Positions 36,922-50,400 of a stretch of 64,000 bases of DNA are shown in pieces. Positions within the stretch are counted from its first letter, which is position 1, and the number at the start of each line of letters is the position of its first letter. The DNA comes from Amphiscolops sp. MND2022 (taxonomy: Eukaryota): the NCBI GenBank assembly GCA_964187785.1, contig OZ076410.1, positions 26,784,001 to 26,848,000 on the forward strand. The letters run 5' to 3'. Under the pieces are notes generated by a model, which worked only from the letters and a program-made list of their open reading frames with translations, ran no database searches and was not told the DNA's origin. The position numbers and the translations under genes were made by a program.

Positions 36922-37720
36922 TTAAATCTTGATGGTTTGATATGTGAATGTGAGTGTCTCGTTGTTAAAATCTACTGGGTTATGGTTGGAGGCGTCTGAG
37001 AAAAATCTTGTTTTGTTTATCGTTTTGTAAAAATCAGTTGTGGGCTTATTTATATTTTTTTTATTCTGCAGATGCAATAAGATTGAAACTGAAGAAGATT
37101 TGTTCTCGAACTCCGTTAACAATTGAACCATCTACACATCGCACTTCAGACGAACATTGTCTACGCTCGATAACAAAACTTGTTTTTCTGATCTTTGAAT
37201 TCATTCCAGATATATTTTGGATGTATATCCTAGAAGTTTATTCATTTCTGAGTTAAACCTAGTAGGGTTCGAGGTTGTTAGAACTGATTTCATTGATATT
37301 GTATTAGCCTTCAATTGATCACTTTAAAAAGTTACTGTCTTTTCTAATAAGTTTAGAACTAGTAGAATAACTATTAGATGTAAGTGTATCACTTTTTTTT
37401 ACAATTTTATGATCGGAAGTATCATTTATACTTGCAACATTGGTTACTAATTCAGTGTCAATTCCATGTTATTATAGTTGTTGTTCTGTTGGAAGAATTT
37501 CGAGTTTGTTATTAGTGGGAGTTATATTATAAAATGTGTTGTATACTTCAAAACTTGTTGCTCCCATCATCCTTTTTTTCGTTTTATTCAAAAGGTACAT
37601 CAATCGAAACAGGTTCTTTTTGTTCAGGCATTTCAAATCCTACAGTTTCTTGTTGTTTAGAAGGAGTATTTTCATTATTATCTTGATTAAATTTTCCAAT
37701 GCTCAGCAAAAAAGATTCTT
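36922..37720 (-). pseudogene. minor capsid (penton)-like ORF
   Basis: MMGATSFEVYNTFYNIT and C-terminal NHNPVDFNNETLTFTYQTIKI*, typical of Polinton penton-like proteins. Confidence 0.5.
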
Positions 37721-37959
37721 TTTTGTCAAAAGTTACATTTACTTTGCAGAAAAATCTCTAAATCCACTGGCGGCTATGTTGTTTATAAATTCTTGCCTTT
37801 CTTTTGTTATTTTGTTTCCTATTATTATTTTTTGCATTATTTTAATTTTGATTGGGTTGTTCTGAGATGATTTTACAAAGAACTGAATAAGTATTATTTT
37901 TCTACATTTAATATTATTTATTTTTTGATAGTATAAATTTAGCACTGCATTTTAAAAGC

Positions 37960-38290
37960 TTAATAGGTGTGGGAGATAGTAAATGTATAAGCAATATACT
38001 GCAAAATACCTAAAATTTTTTGAATTTGGTATTCTGAATAGACATCTTTATTCTTGTTGATTTATTAATTTTAGTGGAGGAGGGCAGCCATATGAATTAA
38101 AGTAATTCTCGTTAATAAACATAACCCAGTGTGTTCCTTTAGATGGGTGTAAATCGACTATACCTGAAGTAGTGGTAAACGTATCATCTCTCATGTATAT
38201 TGCACACGGATCATGAATATGTCTGCCTAATTCGAATATGTCTAAGATTTCTTTTATTTTCACATTAGCAGTTGCTTTTTCAATCCATAT
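37960..38290 (-). pseudogene. adenain-type cysteine protease
   Basis: GIVDLHPSKGTHWV (His), YFNSYGCPPP, SEYQIQK, YFAVYCLY (expected catalytic Cys reads Phe). Confidence 0.8.
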
Positions 38291-39570
38291 TTATTTATAT
38301 ATTCTTTGAATGAGATGAACAATTACTAAATTAAAAACCTGATATATTTTAATTACAAGAAATTTGAACTAGTTTTTGATGACTACAGGGTAGTACGAAA
38401 ATTCATTCCTTGGATTAGATGAAATTTAAAAACGTCAAAGTCTTTTTGTTTGGTGTTTCGTCCCAAAAAGTCCTATATTTGTTGTTTTTAATTTTCGTTT
38501 GATGTAGGGAGGGAATTCTCTTACTACTTCCCTAATAAGTGGGCTCCAGAATTAGCAGGGGTTCAATAGTCTGTTGCCAGGGCTCGGATTTGTCAGAAGC
38601 CGAATAAGTCTTTCAACATTTCCTCTCCGGAAAGTTAATATATATCTTGATTAGAAACCGGTTAAAGGTAACATTTTAGGGGTCGAATTTGTTCACTCAC
38701 TACTTTGAGTTCATTTGGTTCTGAGCGTTTATATCTCAGTGGTTACATTCTTTTTATTATTCTTTAAGACTGGTTTCTAAAGGATCTTCTGTAGTTTTTG
38801 GTTACCGAATTCTGACCAATCAGAATCTTTTTCAAACTCAGACAAAAAATGCTCGAGTTTCTTTAATCGCTATTCATCAGAACGCGGGACCTTGAGCCGT
38901 TAAAAAAGTATTCCATACGTCAAAATATAAATGCATATTTAATGCTACAATTTCAACAATATTAACAACATTTGTTTCAATTCAAAGTATAGACGGTATT
39001 TATATTACTGCTGCAAAAACAGTGCTTTTTATCTCAATTCAGCTGAAAACCTATTTTGTTCATTTTAATCTGACAATTTTGTGAGTTTTGATGTTTCCCC
39101 ACTTTTCAATCATCAGTGAGCAGATAAAAATAATTGCCGCATTTGTCGCCTGGTGAGTACGGTTTAACGAAATATCTTCGTTTTTTTTTTGTTGCAGATC
39201 CCACAAAGCTAGACCGGTTGAGTTAACGCATTATTGCGCTGAGTTTTCAAAATTCTGTTTACAATTTGAGCATTGAAAGCAATAAAGCATTTTCCTTCGA
39301 TTCCTTTGGGTTGCTTTTTGCTTTTTACGCAGCTGTAATGGAGGGCAGCTTAGTAGCAACAGAATATCTAGCGTTATTGTTCGGCACTCTTATTGCCGGG
39401 TTCGAGATAGGCAGTGCAGTCAGGAGTTGCTACAACCAATGATTTTTAGCTGCGAAGTGGTATATTAGCATTGGTATAATAACAGTGTAATACTTCATAA
39501 TACGTTGGAACTTAATAACACAGTGCGATCACAGAGTTAGCACTATATCACTGAGAATATTTTATAATCG

Positions 39571-39693
39571 TGCGACGAGTTTCCCGCCGGAGAATTTTTG
39601 GCGAGTTGCTTTTCGACGAGTTTTCCGCCTAGTATTTTCGACCAGCTGTTTTCGCCGAGTTGTTTCTGGCGAGTTGTTTTCGACGAGTTTTCC
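39571..39693 (+). repeat. degenerate ~15-bp minisatellite
   Basis: Repeated cgacgagttttcc / ggcgagttgtttt units. Confidence 0.75.
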
Positions 39694-40604
39694 TAGATTC
39701 TCCGAAATTATTGATGGTGGTGTCAACGATAAATTTCTTGAATCACAAGAAATTGAGAATTAGTAGCTCACGAGCTAAGACATCAAGAAAATAAAAGATT
39801 TCACAGCATTATTGACTCTGCACGGCAATCAGAAACGACACAAGCATCGTAGGCTGGTTTAATCAGAAAGACTCGATTAAAGCAGTTATAACAATTAGTA
39901 CTACGCTAAACAAAGCAAAAGTTCCTTTCTGTTTGAATTCGTCTTGGCGATTGTAGCGCTTGGCTAATTGAGCCTGTTTCACACAATTTCCATCGGCTCT
40001 CAGATTTCCTTGCCGTGGCAATTGTTATTCTCATCCTTGTAATTTCTTGGGACACGTCGTTTTACTGAGACGGACACCATTTGCGGAATGTGACCAAAAA
40101 TGTAGTTCCTCGGATCTTAACAACTGTTTCAGCCATGTCACAAACATCGATCGGTGGTATAACATGGGAAGGTTACAATTCTGCGTCGTCCCAACACAAA
40201 ACCTATGAATGTGTCGACACTCTCATCTGTTTTTCATAGGAAGCAGTCCTGAGTGCATTTATGAAACTGCACTTTTCGAGCGTCGACTTCAGACGTTCCC
40301 ACTTTGTTAAAATAATGTAAACATACAAAGAGATTGTCTTTGTTTTGCAGAACGTCTCAGAGTAGACGATTGAATAATTATGAAGATGGCAATCAAAGTC
40401 GATTCGTTAGGTTAAAAGTTCGAGTTAAAGGACCTTTTGCGCATTATTGATGAAGTGAAACGCGACTATAATAGTGACTTTTTTTCAATCCACACGATCT
40501 CACCAAAATAATTCTACCAGTTCTACAAAATTTCAAGCGACCAAATTGTACCATCTGATCCTGGGAACCGAACTATAATAGTTGTTCCTTTTTTAGCGTA
40601 ACAT

Positions 40605-40750
40605 ACAAAACCGGGCGAGACGAAAGAGCTCTTTCGACTTTTTTTCTGCACTGAAACTTTCTTATTTTTTATTGTCTCCAAAGGGTCCCCTTCAATTTTT
40701 TGATAATTTGCAACAGAAAGGATGTTAAAAAACTCAAAGGGTCCTACTTC
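40605..40750 (+). repeat. partial copy of the 57657/60562 interspersed repeat family
   Basis: gactttttt..tgtctccaaagggtccccttcaattttttgat..ttgca matches ~57820-57920. Confidence 0.6.
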
Positions 40751-41281
40751 ACGCTTTGCTATTCTTGATATTTTTGAGCCTTAAATGCGACGGCGTCTTT
40801 TGCCATTCCCAGCTTGTTTATGTTTCTTACGTTTTCATCCAACAGGTGAAGAGACTCTCTGTAAAAGGCGTTGACTTCTTTCAAAGCGCCCTTCAAAAAG
40901 TTTTTGAATTTGGCGGTCTTTGATTTTTTTTTTAGGTTTTGTACGCTTTTAGTTGAGGATGCGAAGAGGTCCTGGAATTTCGTCGAGCGCAATGCATTGG
41001 GACCAAAATTTTCTAAGCTACATGGAACTTGCAGAAAGTTTTTCCGTTACGGTTGCATTAAGCATGACACAAATTCTGGAATCACTTGTAGTAGCATAGT
41101 AACAGTACTATAGCAAGAAGAATTTCACACAGAAAATTAAATTTTCACGATGAGATGAAACCAGTTTGAACAATTGTTTTTACTTATGCTGAGTGCACTT
41201 CTAAATAGAGTGCATTTCCTTAATTTTTTTGATCAAGTCTGGCTGCGATGATGAAAACTTCAAAGTTGTTTCAGAGTCACT

Positions 41282-41409
41282 ATGATGAAATCGGTGGTTC
41301 TATTCAACCTGATTTTGGCCATTTTTGCTGATTCCGATTCTAAAAGATGCGATAATTCGACTGTGAACATTTTGTTCTCGGGTGTTCGTCAAGAGTTTCC
41401 TTTCAACTG
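41282..41409 (+). CDS. REJ gene exon 1, 5' part (signal peptide)
   Basis: MMKSVVLFNLILAIFADSDSKRCDNSTVNILFSGVRQEFPFN-W; in frame with 42204 once the MITE and one TG are removed. Confidence 0.8.
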
Positions 41410-44400
41410 CCCATATTGAGTACTCCCTGTGAATCTGTACTGATCTGCACAGATCCTGACAGATATTCCAGGATTTGTCGAAAAAAACTACTCAGAAAAC
41501 AGTTTTGAAATTGAAACTATTTGAATGAAAAGTGCACTACAAGATAAACACCCCTCCTAGTTGAAGTTTTGAAAAAAAAATTTCGGTGCGAATCTGTACA
41601 GATCTGTTCAGATCCTGACAGATATTCCAGGATTTGTCAAAAATTAACCATACGAAAATGACCAATAAATTACTATAACGTATTCCAAGTTTCCAGCAAT
41701 TACTAAAACTACTCCAGCAAACCATGTTCCCGAAATATTTTAACCACGTCACTTTATCAACACCTCTACCAACCCAGACGGTAGCCACATGTCTAATTAC
41801 ATCCGCTAAATCGAAGTCAATACGGCAAACGAGCCTCTCAAAGTTGAACAACCACTTCTGGAAAGTTCAAGTGAAATGGATAAATTGGCGTGCAAAACAC
41901 CAAACTTACTGTGATGGGGACAAGCTTTCCTGCTCAAGAATTTTGGGCGATGGAGACTTTCAACTGACTGAGAATTGGTCAGCGAAAATACTTGTTGAAG
42001 AATCCCAAAAATGCAGTATATTGTTTCCCAGAAGCTCCGGAAAAAAATTTCCTAAAAAATCTGTACAGAAAATCCTTGAACATCTGTAAAGATCCTTACA
42101 GATCTGCAGTTGTCCTTACGTAGCAGTGGCACGATCTTTACAGATCCTCAAGGAAAAAAGGCTCACAGATCTGTACAGATTGTCAAGGAAAGCTCAACAT
42201 GGGTGGCCAATCACAAACGACTTGGAAATCGATGCTGAAGTTCATTTCGATTGCCCAGGTTCCTTTGTTAACTATGTTTGGACAAGTACATTCGATGGTG
42301 TTACTATCGAGAGATATTCATCTACCGACTATCAATTGCTATCGATAAAGAAGTTTGACCTGAACCCTGGATTGAATGCAATTTGTCTCAAAATGTACCC
42401 CAATGATCAGACTGATTTTTTTGATCAACAAGACTGCCGTTACATCACTATCGCAATTCCGGATCCTGTAGCTGTGATGCTTGAGTATGACCAAAACATT
42501 GTATATCTGGATGATACCCTGGTACTCGATGCCTCTGGCTCCTTTGATCCTCTGGACACGCCCGAAACCACCAAAGAGTTGAAACCAGGACCTCTTCGAT
42601 ACACTTGGACTTGTTACAGAGACAAATCACTACCCGTACCGTCTGATTTGACACATGAGCAAGCATCCAGCCACTGCTGGAGTACCCAGCCGAAAGAAAT
42701 AGACTTTTGTGATAATACAATTTGCCAGATACACCGGTCATTGTTGGATTACGTCAGTGGAGTTTGGTACATCTTCCAGGTAATGTTTTTGATCCGGTAT
42801 TTAAAAAAAACAAGCTTTTAAAATTAGATATTGTCCTAAGACACGTGACGGATCTTCATGAAACTTGGATACCTGTTTTTGGATAACCGAATATTTTTAC
42901 AAAAAAGTTTGTTTGTTTCAACTAATCTATTTTTATTATGACAACGCAGCTACAACTGAATTCAATCACAACTGCGTAGTCATAAAAAAGAACGAACACT
43001 TTTTTGTGAAAATTTTTGATAAACCAAAACCCGAATCCAAGAAAAAAAATGTTGTAAAAAAATTCCATCGTTTGCTGTAAGATGAATTGAAGAAAAGTAA
43101 CTGGAATTTATGCAAATAGAAAAGCAGTATTTCATAGATAATTCTCATGTTATTGAAAACTCTGCATGGTACCTTCAGAATCCTCCATTAGAAGTGCCAG
43201 CTTTCCTAAAACTAATTTTTGAACCTTTCGAAATTTCAATTTTGCTCATAGTTTTCAACAACCTTGTTAAAACGGACGCACTGGTTCTCATCTGGGATAA
43301 CATCTGGTGTGAAGTTCCATGGTAGTCCCTATGAATGTTGGAGAAGGCATTCGATTCGTGGATAATCTTGCAATAAAATGAGAAAATCTGAAAGTACGAC
43401 ATAATATATTTGTATCTTTAACGCTCACTGTTTATATAGTCGCTATCAGATTCCCAAAAAAGACAAATGATGTTACTGATGTTGAAGATGTTAATTGGAG
43501 GGAAGACGAGAAGTCGCAGCTCTTTTCCATTTTCTTTGCCCAAGTTGAAAATGCTCGGAACTTTTCCATGTTTTTATAGGCTACAGGACAAATTATTAGG
43601 TTTTTGGGAGCTGCTTAGAGAAGTTTTCATGCTCAATATTTTCATGCTGCGTCAAAAAGTTTTCAGTTATCTTTTTAGGATTTCTCTAAAACTTGGCGGG
43701 TTTTCAAAGCAACATCAAGGAAAGTAAAAAAAACACCCGCGAAATTTTGCAGGTTTTTCCGGACAAACCCTCAAATTTTGCAAGCACAGGCGCTATATTA
43801 TGACATTAACAAATAGTCAACGAATAGCAGTGTGGCAAGCAAATTCGTACAACTGGAATTTTTTTCGGTGGACAGTTTTTGTTTGTGCTCGCAACTTGTT
43901 GAAAACAAAAGGTTTATCACTTTTCGGGTTGGAAAAACGGAAGTATTTTCATATTGAAGTTCTGGGCGGTTTTTCTGAGAACTACTTTGGGAACGGAGTT
44001 CAGCTACGAAATTCGTAACAAAATCTGAGATACTGGAAAAATGTTATAATAGGCTTTTGTGTGCAGTTCGATTCAAATAACATGCGAATCATCAAATTTT
44101 TGAACATTTAGATGATGAAAATCATCGAATTTGTTTAAAAAATTCGAATTCTAGGAAAACCCTCAAACTACTAAAGTTTTAAAATTTTAGGACCGCGAAT
44201 AACATTTTAGGAACACTATCTAAATTCAAAACGGGAATAATGTCTGAAGACAAGTTATGCTTATTCTCTATCTTGATACGTTGGATTTTAGACGTTATTC
44301 GTTTAGACGTTATTCCGGAAACACTTTTAAACGTTATCCTTCAGACACTATTCGCGCTACTACTCAAATCTGTGCTTGTTTTTAATTTCTTTTTGTTTCC

Positions 44401-47400
44401 TATAGAAAAGTGTTGTTTCTAATGCAAAGCCGATTCAGACGTATTTTGATGATTTTTAAATGGTATTTTAGACGTTTTTCCCGAATTTAGACGTGGTCAT
44501 TGTTGCATAATCTGTCTTTTTGGGAACCTGATTGCAGCCGGTGACCTCAATGTCGACCACAATTTAGATGAAAGATCTGTCTGCGAATTCGAACAAATTT
44601 TTTTACCATTTAATTGAACATCAATTGATACAAAAACACAAGAAAATGGATGTTTTTCCGAACAAAATTGTAAAGTGAAGGATACATATCAAATGTGATA
44701 TTACTCAATGAATATACTGTAAATATTCCTTACGATCAATTTGCAAAATCACACAAGATTTTTTCCTTGTATTTCATGTTTAAGGTTTCAGTACGAGAAA
44801 GCGATACAAGAGATTCTTCTACAATGAGAAGGGTTATTTTCTCAACTGTGAAACCTCCATCTGTCAACATTCGGTGAATTTTCAACAAACTTTTGATGCA
44901 TGATCTGAAAACTGCCTACAAATAAGTCTCTAAAGCTTATACGAATTATTTATATTAGATATAAAGAACTTTTTAGCCCAAAACAACTTATGCAGATTAG
45001 AGAGAAAGAATTATAATGATCTTTGATTCTCAATCTAAACGCTCATATATTGACTCTTTCTGATATTCTTTCATTCCAATTGGTTTGAAAGCTTTGAAAC
45101 AGAAAGACTATTGATGCCGTTTGGCCTCATTTGAGAAATCTGACTTCAATCTCAGTTTTTTTCAAAAAAAAAAATCAATATAACAGACTCATTTATTTCA
45201 TTATTATTATTGAGTCCTTCAGTCCGGTCTCTTTGACAATTTCCTTTCTTGATCCATTCAATCATTTCCTAATCATACACCATCTCTGAAAATAATACGT
45301 CATCATCTTTCTGCTGATTTAAACGGACAGATTTGTCCTTTGTGCTGTGACTTTGAAACAAATACTCAAAATACTCAGAAAATTCGGGGATGGTTGACAC
45401 ATCATAAGAAACGCCATGAAGACATAAAGCCATACTTATTGTGTTTTTAACTTTTTGTGTCTGAATTAGCAGTTGAGTTCCGGACATTTGTCGCCCCATT
45501 TTGTATCCACTCCAGTGGTAGGATAGGAATCTTGGTGACACAAAACTCTTGAAATTCTTGATATGAATCTTACAATATGTTTAAGATATGTAAGAATGTG
45601 TGTAAGAATATATGTAAGAATATATGTAAGAATATGCAAGATCTTTGCATGGATTTCAAGATGTTTTGCACTTGGAAAACACGTTTTCATTATGTTATGA
45701 ACTGGTAAAATAAATCTTTTGCAGTTCCTGAAGCAAATATTCGAGAGTTTTTTGACGAGAGTTCTTCGTTGACTTTGTTGAATGAATCAAATTTTAAAAA
45801 CTAGGTATTTGACAGTTCTTTCAAATTCGAATTGCCTTCCTTGGACTGTTGTCTTCGGTATTTAGAAAAAGAAGTTACTCCGGCAATTTGAAACGGAATT
45901 GAGAACTCGCGGAGCAAACAAAAAATTGACTATGATAGAATAAAACTCTTCCCGAAAGATGAAAAGATTGTTGATGTATTCTTTCTCAAGAAATCACTAG
46001 TTTGTTTCCATTGACATATACAGCCTGATGTTAACAGATGCTTCAAAAACTGTGAGAAAAAAGTCAATAGCGCCGCGGAACTTGTTCTGGGTGCGACCTT
46101 CGATGAGAATGAGTTATCATCAACTGCAGATCTCAGCTTCACATGGTTTCTCTCATATCTTGACAACACTAACGACAAGTGGAAGGACATCTCCAACCTA
46201 GTGGAAATAACTGGTTCCAAAGGTTACTATTAACAATTTCCGCCCTCAAAACTTTATTTGTGTAGAGGTAGAAAAATGACCATCTGTGTAGCTGTTTTTG
46301 CCCATTTAAGTATGGGGGTATTTTAGTCACAGAGGTCCAGTTGGTAGTGCTTCCGCATGGCAGTGAGTCCGTCGTACGTTCGAACCTGAGCTGGAGACTG
46401 AATTTTTCTGCTTTTCCAGGAAGTAGGTGGTCGGTACATCTCACCTCCTTCATACTTTTTCCCTACATAAGGAAGTATGGTTGGGTTTTGAACCTTGTCT
46501 TTTCAAGGTTTTTTGGTGTCGCGTAAAATTTGAATTCTTCAAACAGCCCGTTGCTGGAAGTCTGCAAACTCGTGGGTAATTAACACACTTTTGCACGTTT
46601 TTACATATCACTGTTCACTCCTTAAAGCCTTGTAACGACAAGCTCTCACCAAGTCGTCATTTTGCCATAGAGTCGGAGGAACCTACAGCTTGGGTGATTG
46701 CCCGGGAAGGCTCCCGTAAGCATAGATCCATTTTCCCTCCTTCGGGTAAAAGTTGTCCCGTCAGAGGAGGATTCCGTCTCGTGCGGAGTAGTCGCTGACT
46801 TTTTTCCGATCTGTAACTGCTATCCATAGTGCTAATTACGCTTTTCTGTAAAAACTACTACTCAGACAGCCTTTAAAAATTGAGGTGGTGAGAAAGATAA
46901 ATTCCGTGTCAGGTTATGCTGAAATTAGTAGCTCACGAGATAAACATTCCGGTGAATCGGTGTTTTATCGGTATTTCACTGCACAAATCTCATGGCAAGA
47001 TGATAATTAAAGAGGCATGCAAGTACGGATGCTTGATTAAGCAACTACGAGACGCATTTATAGTGTTTGCAACAATTACTAGCAACATGCTTATGAAAGT
47101 GCGAAAAAACGATGAAAAGAGTCTTTATAATTGGCAAGTTTGAGCTTGTTTCTTCACGGTCGTTTTTGTTCAATATTTCGCAGGATGTCTCTCTCTCTCT
47201 CTCCCTCTCTCTCTCTTTGTCGTTCTGCGCCTTTTCAATTCTGCTGGCTGACCTTTTTAAAGACACGGAGTCTTTCAGCGGAATATGGTTGAAATTGCCA
47301 GATTCCAGTTCCCTGTTCTGAGCTTGAACGAATTTTCCAGAAATTTTTCTGTCGACGATAGGTCATCATTACATCACTCTCCGGGGTTAATGCTTGACGT

Positions 47401-50400
47401 CCAAGTCAAGTGGGCAGTGGACAGTTGAATAGAGTGAGACCATATCATCGTCGTCATTGATCAAACTTCATTGCCATTTGGGTCATCATGCTAGAATCCA
47501 CGCGGGATTTGCACGATTAAGCAAAATCATCCGCAAACAACTTACTATACTGCAATAGTTAGATGTTGCCTATCGTGAGCAAACTAGGCAGATAAAATTT
47601 CTTTTCGGTCTTGTAGAAAGAAATATTTTTTGTGACCGCTATCTTTCAAAATTTCTTTTACGTACACATGACACTATTTAAACATCTCTTCAGAAGCTTG
47701 GTAGCTTCCTACTGCTCGACTGAAGGAAAACTTTTTTTCGAAAGCAGCTGCATTAAAAATAGTTTAATTCTGATTAAAACATCTCTTGTGAGATTCTCTT
47801 GCTTAGCCTGTGACTCAAGGGAAGAGATCATTAGTTTTCCATTGGTTTCTATTCAATTTTTCGTTTTTGTTGTTTCTTGGTTTCTTTGTTTAGTAAGGAC
47901 GGGTAATAACCAAACATAACTATGAAATCAAAATCATTTCTCTAGCGCCAGCATTCAGCACTAAGCATTGACTCGGAACGCTAACATAAATTGCAAATAT
48001 TTATTCGGTAGTGTAAATAACATAGACAACGTAATGTAGAATGCGCGTAGCCTAATCAAGTTCTAGCTAAGTAGGAAAGCGAAGCACTTGGGCTTCACTT
48101 CCAACAACAATATCATCATGTAATTAATCGTGGTAGTGTTAGTCATGCGATCTTGTATCATGGGGCTGCGGAATTGTGCCTCTGCTTCTGGTGGTCATAC
48201 TCATTTTCTCTGACCTCAACTAGGGATGCTCTCCGTTCGCGGCATCTTTGATCATTCTGTTCTTCCCTTTCTGTAGTTTCTGGAGTGATCGCACCCTCGG
48301 GTGTGTGTTTGGGCCCTTGTTATCTTCCAGGAGGTTTACGATAGATGTAGGAGTTAAGTGCTCGGGGGAGTGTTCTCCTCTTGTCTCCTGATTGGTCATT
48401 GCCTGTGACGAATTGGTGATTTTGGTAACATAATTTCTCGTGGTTGCCGGATTTTCAACGTGTAACTGGCAAGAGTCTGTGAAGGGGGCATTCATCGGAG
48501 TTGTTGTTTCTGGTCGTGGAGCTATGGCACCCGTTGTTTTTCGCATTAAGTTCCGGTCGCAGGCATATCGTTACCCATAGTTACCCTTGCTTCCGCGTTC
48601 CGCACCGGTGCAACCTCGGGTGGTACAACATTGCCTCTGTGACTTGCCTGTACTATATTGTCCGAGAGATCCAAATTCCCAATTTTTAGTGGTCACAATT
48701 GCCGCTCGCCGGTATCGTGCCGGAATCTTGATCATCTGGAAACTGTGATTTGTATCTGCGTTGCCACCCAGAGCTCGGAAGCTCTCGTTCAGATATGCCT
48801 TGAGACTACTCACGTTCCAGGTATAGCGTATTGGCATTCCTGATGTGTCTAGTTGCGATCCTTACAAGTTTACTGGTCCATACTCACGTGATAGGGCCCA
48901 TGCTTTCTTCGTTCGAGTACGTACGATCCCCATCAGATTTTTGTCTTGCGGTTTTGCTGATTTTTTTGTGGTGTTTATTCGAGGCACTAACAGGAATAAA
49001 CCTGGTTCCAGCATCTGTTGGTAGTCTTGCGGCTTTTTGTTCTTGAGGAACGTCAGAATGTAGTTGCTTAGTGTTTCCGGCACCAGAAGTAAGGGTTTTC
49101 GTGGGTCTCTGAGAATCCCAATTGCATCGTGGATGGGGCAAGCGCGGGTGCTAACACTGGCATCAAGTCCATCCGACAAAGTGAAGTCAGCCAACTGATT
49201 TGGCGTCCAGAATCCTGCAACCTTTGAAGTCAGTTGTCAATTGTCGTATAGGGGCTGAGAAGAGTCTGTACCAACGAACACGCCCAAAAAATATACCAGA
49301 CTACAATATATCCAATGCCATAAAGACAATTTCATTGACTCCTACTGCTCTGGATACCCTTGGGCATCTCTTCTCTTCAGAATTTTGGCAAATGCAAGGA
49401 GTCCATTCATATCGCCCCATATCGCCCCTTGCCATCACTAGATACGAAAAGAAACGTTCTAAGCTGCATTCCGCTATTAACTCTGTGAGGATCATAACTG
49501 GTTCTGCTACAAATCGTTGCTGGCCAAAAGCCAACATCAGGGACAACACCTCGTTGAGACATTTCTTCGATTGTCTGACTCAGTTCCACGATGACGTCGT
49601 TTTCTTCCAGTCCGAATTCCACGCGAGTTACGTCTCGGCTCCAGCCCAGTCCTAGACACAGCGAACTGGTCTCTAGTTAGCTCCAACTCTTTTGCCGCCT
49701 CGGCAAGTTTGACTGCTCGTGATCTTTGGTACCAGTCATCGTAGGTCGTGTTGCGCCTCCGTCAGCAGGACTAAGGGTTAGGTTAAACTGAGCTACTGTT
49801 AAATAAAAGGTTAAAGCACTAAAGTTTTGGCTGAAGGATGAATAAGGAAAACTAGGGTATCCGAATGGGATCATTCGAATCAAAGGGAGGAGTATACTCC
49901 CACCTCTATGCCGAGTATGGACGCATGCGAATCGGTCCATCATCACATGACAAAGATTGACCAGTAAATATGCCTGTCAGGATCCAAGATTGGAAAGTGA
50001 ATACGTGGCGCTCCTTCGTCGCCGAGCCGTTGGATCAGCTTTTCTAAGCAACGTATAAACTTATCTGCTATCAGCGGTTCACGCTGATTAGCTCGAACTA
50101 TCAATAAATGAATGCTTTGGAAGGAATGTTAGTCAACGCACGGGTCAGCGTCAAGACCTGCCCTACTTTCGGTCGCAAGGAACAGACTTGCTCTCTCACA
50201 CACTCACGTAACCCATAGCGCAGTGCAGCAGAATTGGCTGAGCAGGCTGCAATGTTGACCTCTGCCTGCAAGAAGTCGGTCATGTCGTAGGAAATGTATT
50301 CCACCAACTTGGGATGCAAGATGCTGGGATACACAAATTCCAGTCCAGGTCAATTGTCTGGAGGTAAGCGCACACGAGGACAGCGTCCTTGCACCGCGGG

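Larger units (their letters stand above)
36400..38330 (-). mobile_element. Polinton/Maverick segment B (virion module), degenerate
   Basis: Adenain-type protease, penton-like ORF and small basic core-protein-like ORF in series on the minus strand. Confidence 0.75.

Noticed and set aside
39571-39693. CRISPR-like array
   Set aside because: Units are adjacent and degenerate with no unique spacers; eukaryotic context and no cas genes.
41724-42089. 121-aa ORF as a transposase
   Set aside because: Lies inside the 794-bp MITE and has no DDE or TnpD-like motif.
42126-42821. 231-aa ORF as a complete gene
   Set aside because: Its first 26 codons are MITE sequence and its tail runs past the splice donor at 42780; only 42204-42779 is exon.
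44520-44600. LINE endonuclease remnant (IAAGDLNVD)
   Set aside because: A single short motif with no other APE or RT motifs nearby.
46640-46800. ChaC/GGCT-like WIYAYGSL motif on the minus strand
   Set aside because: Isolated 8-mer flanked by stops; downstream residues do not fit the family.
46916-47321. ORFs containing ERERER / SLSLSL runs
   Set aside because: Translation of the (CT)n microsatellite.
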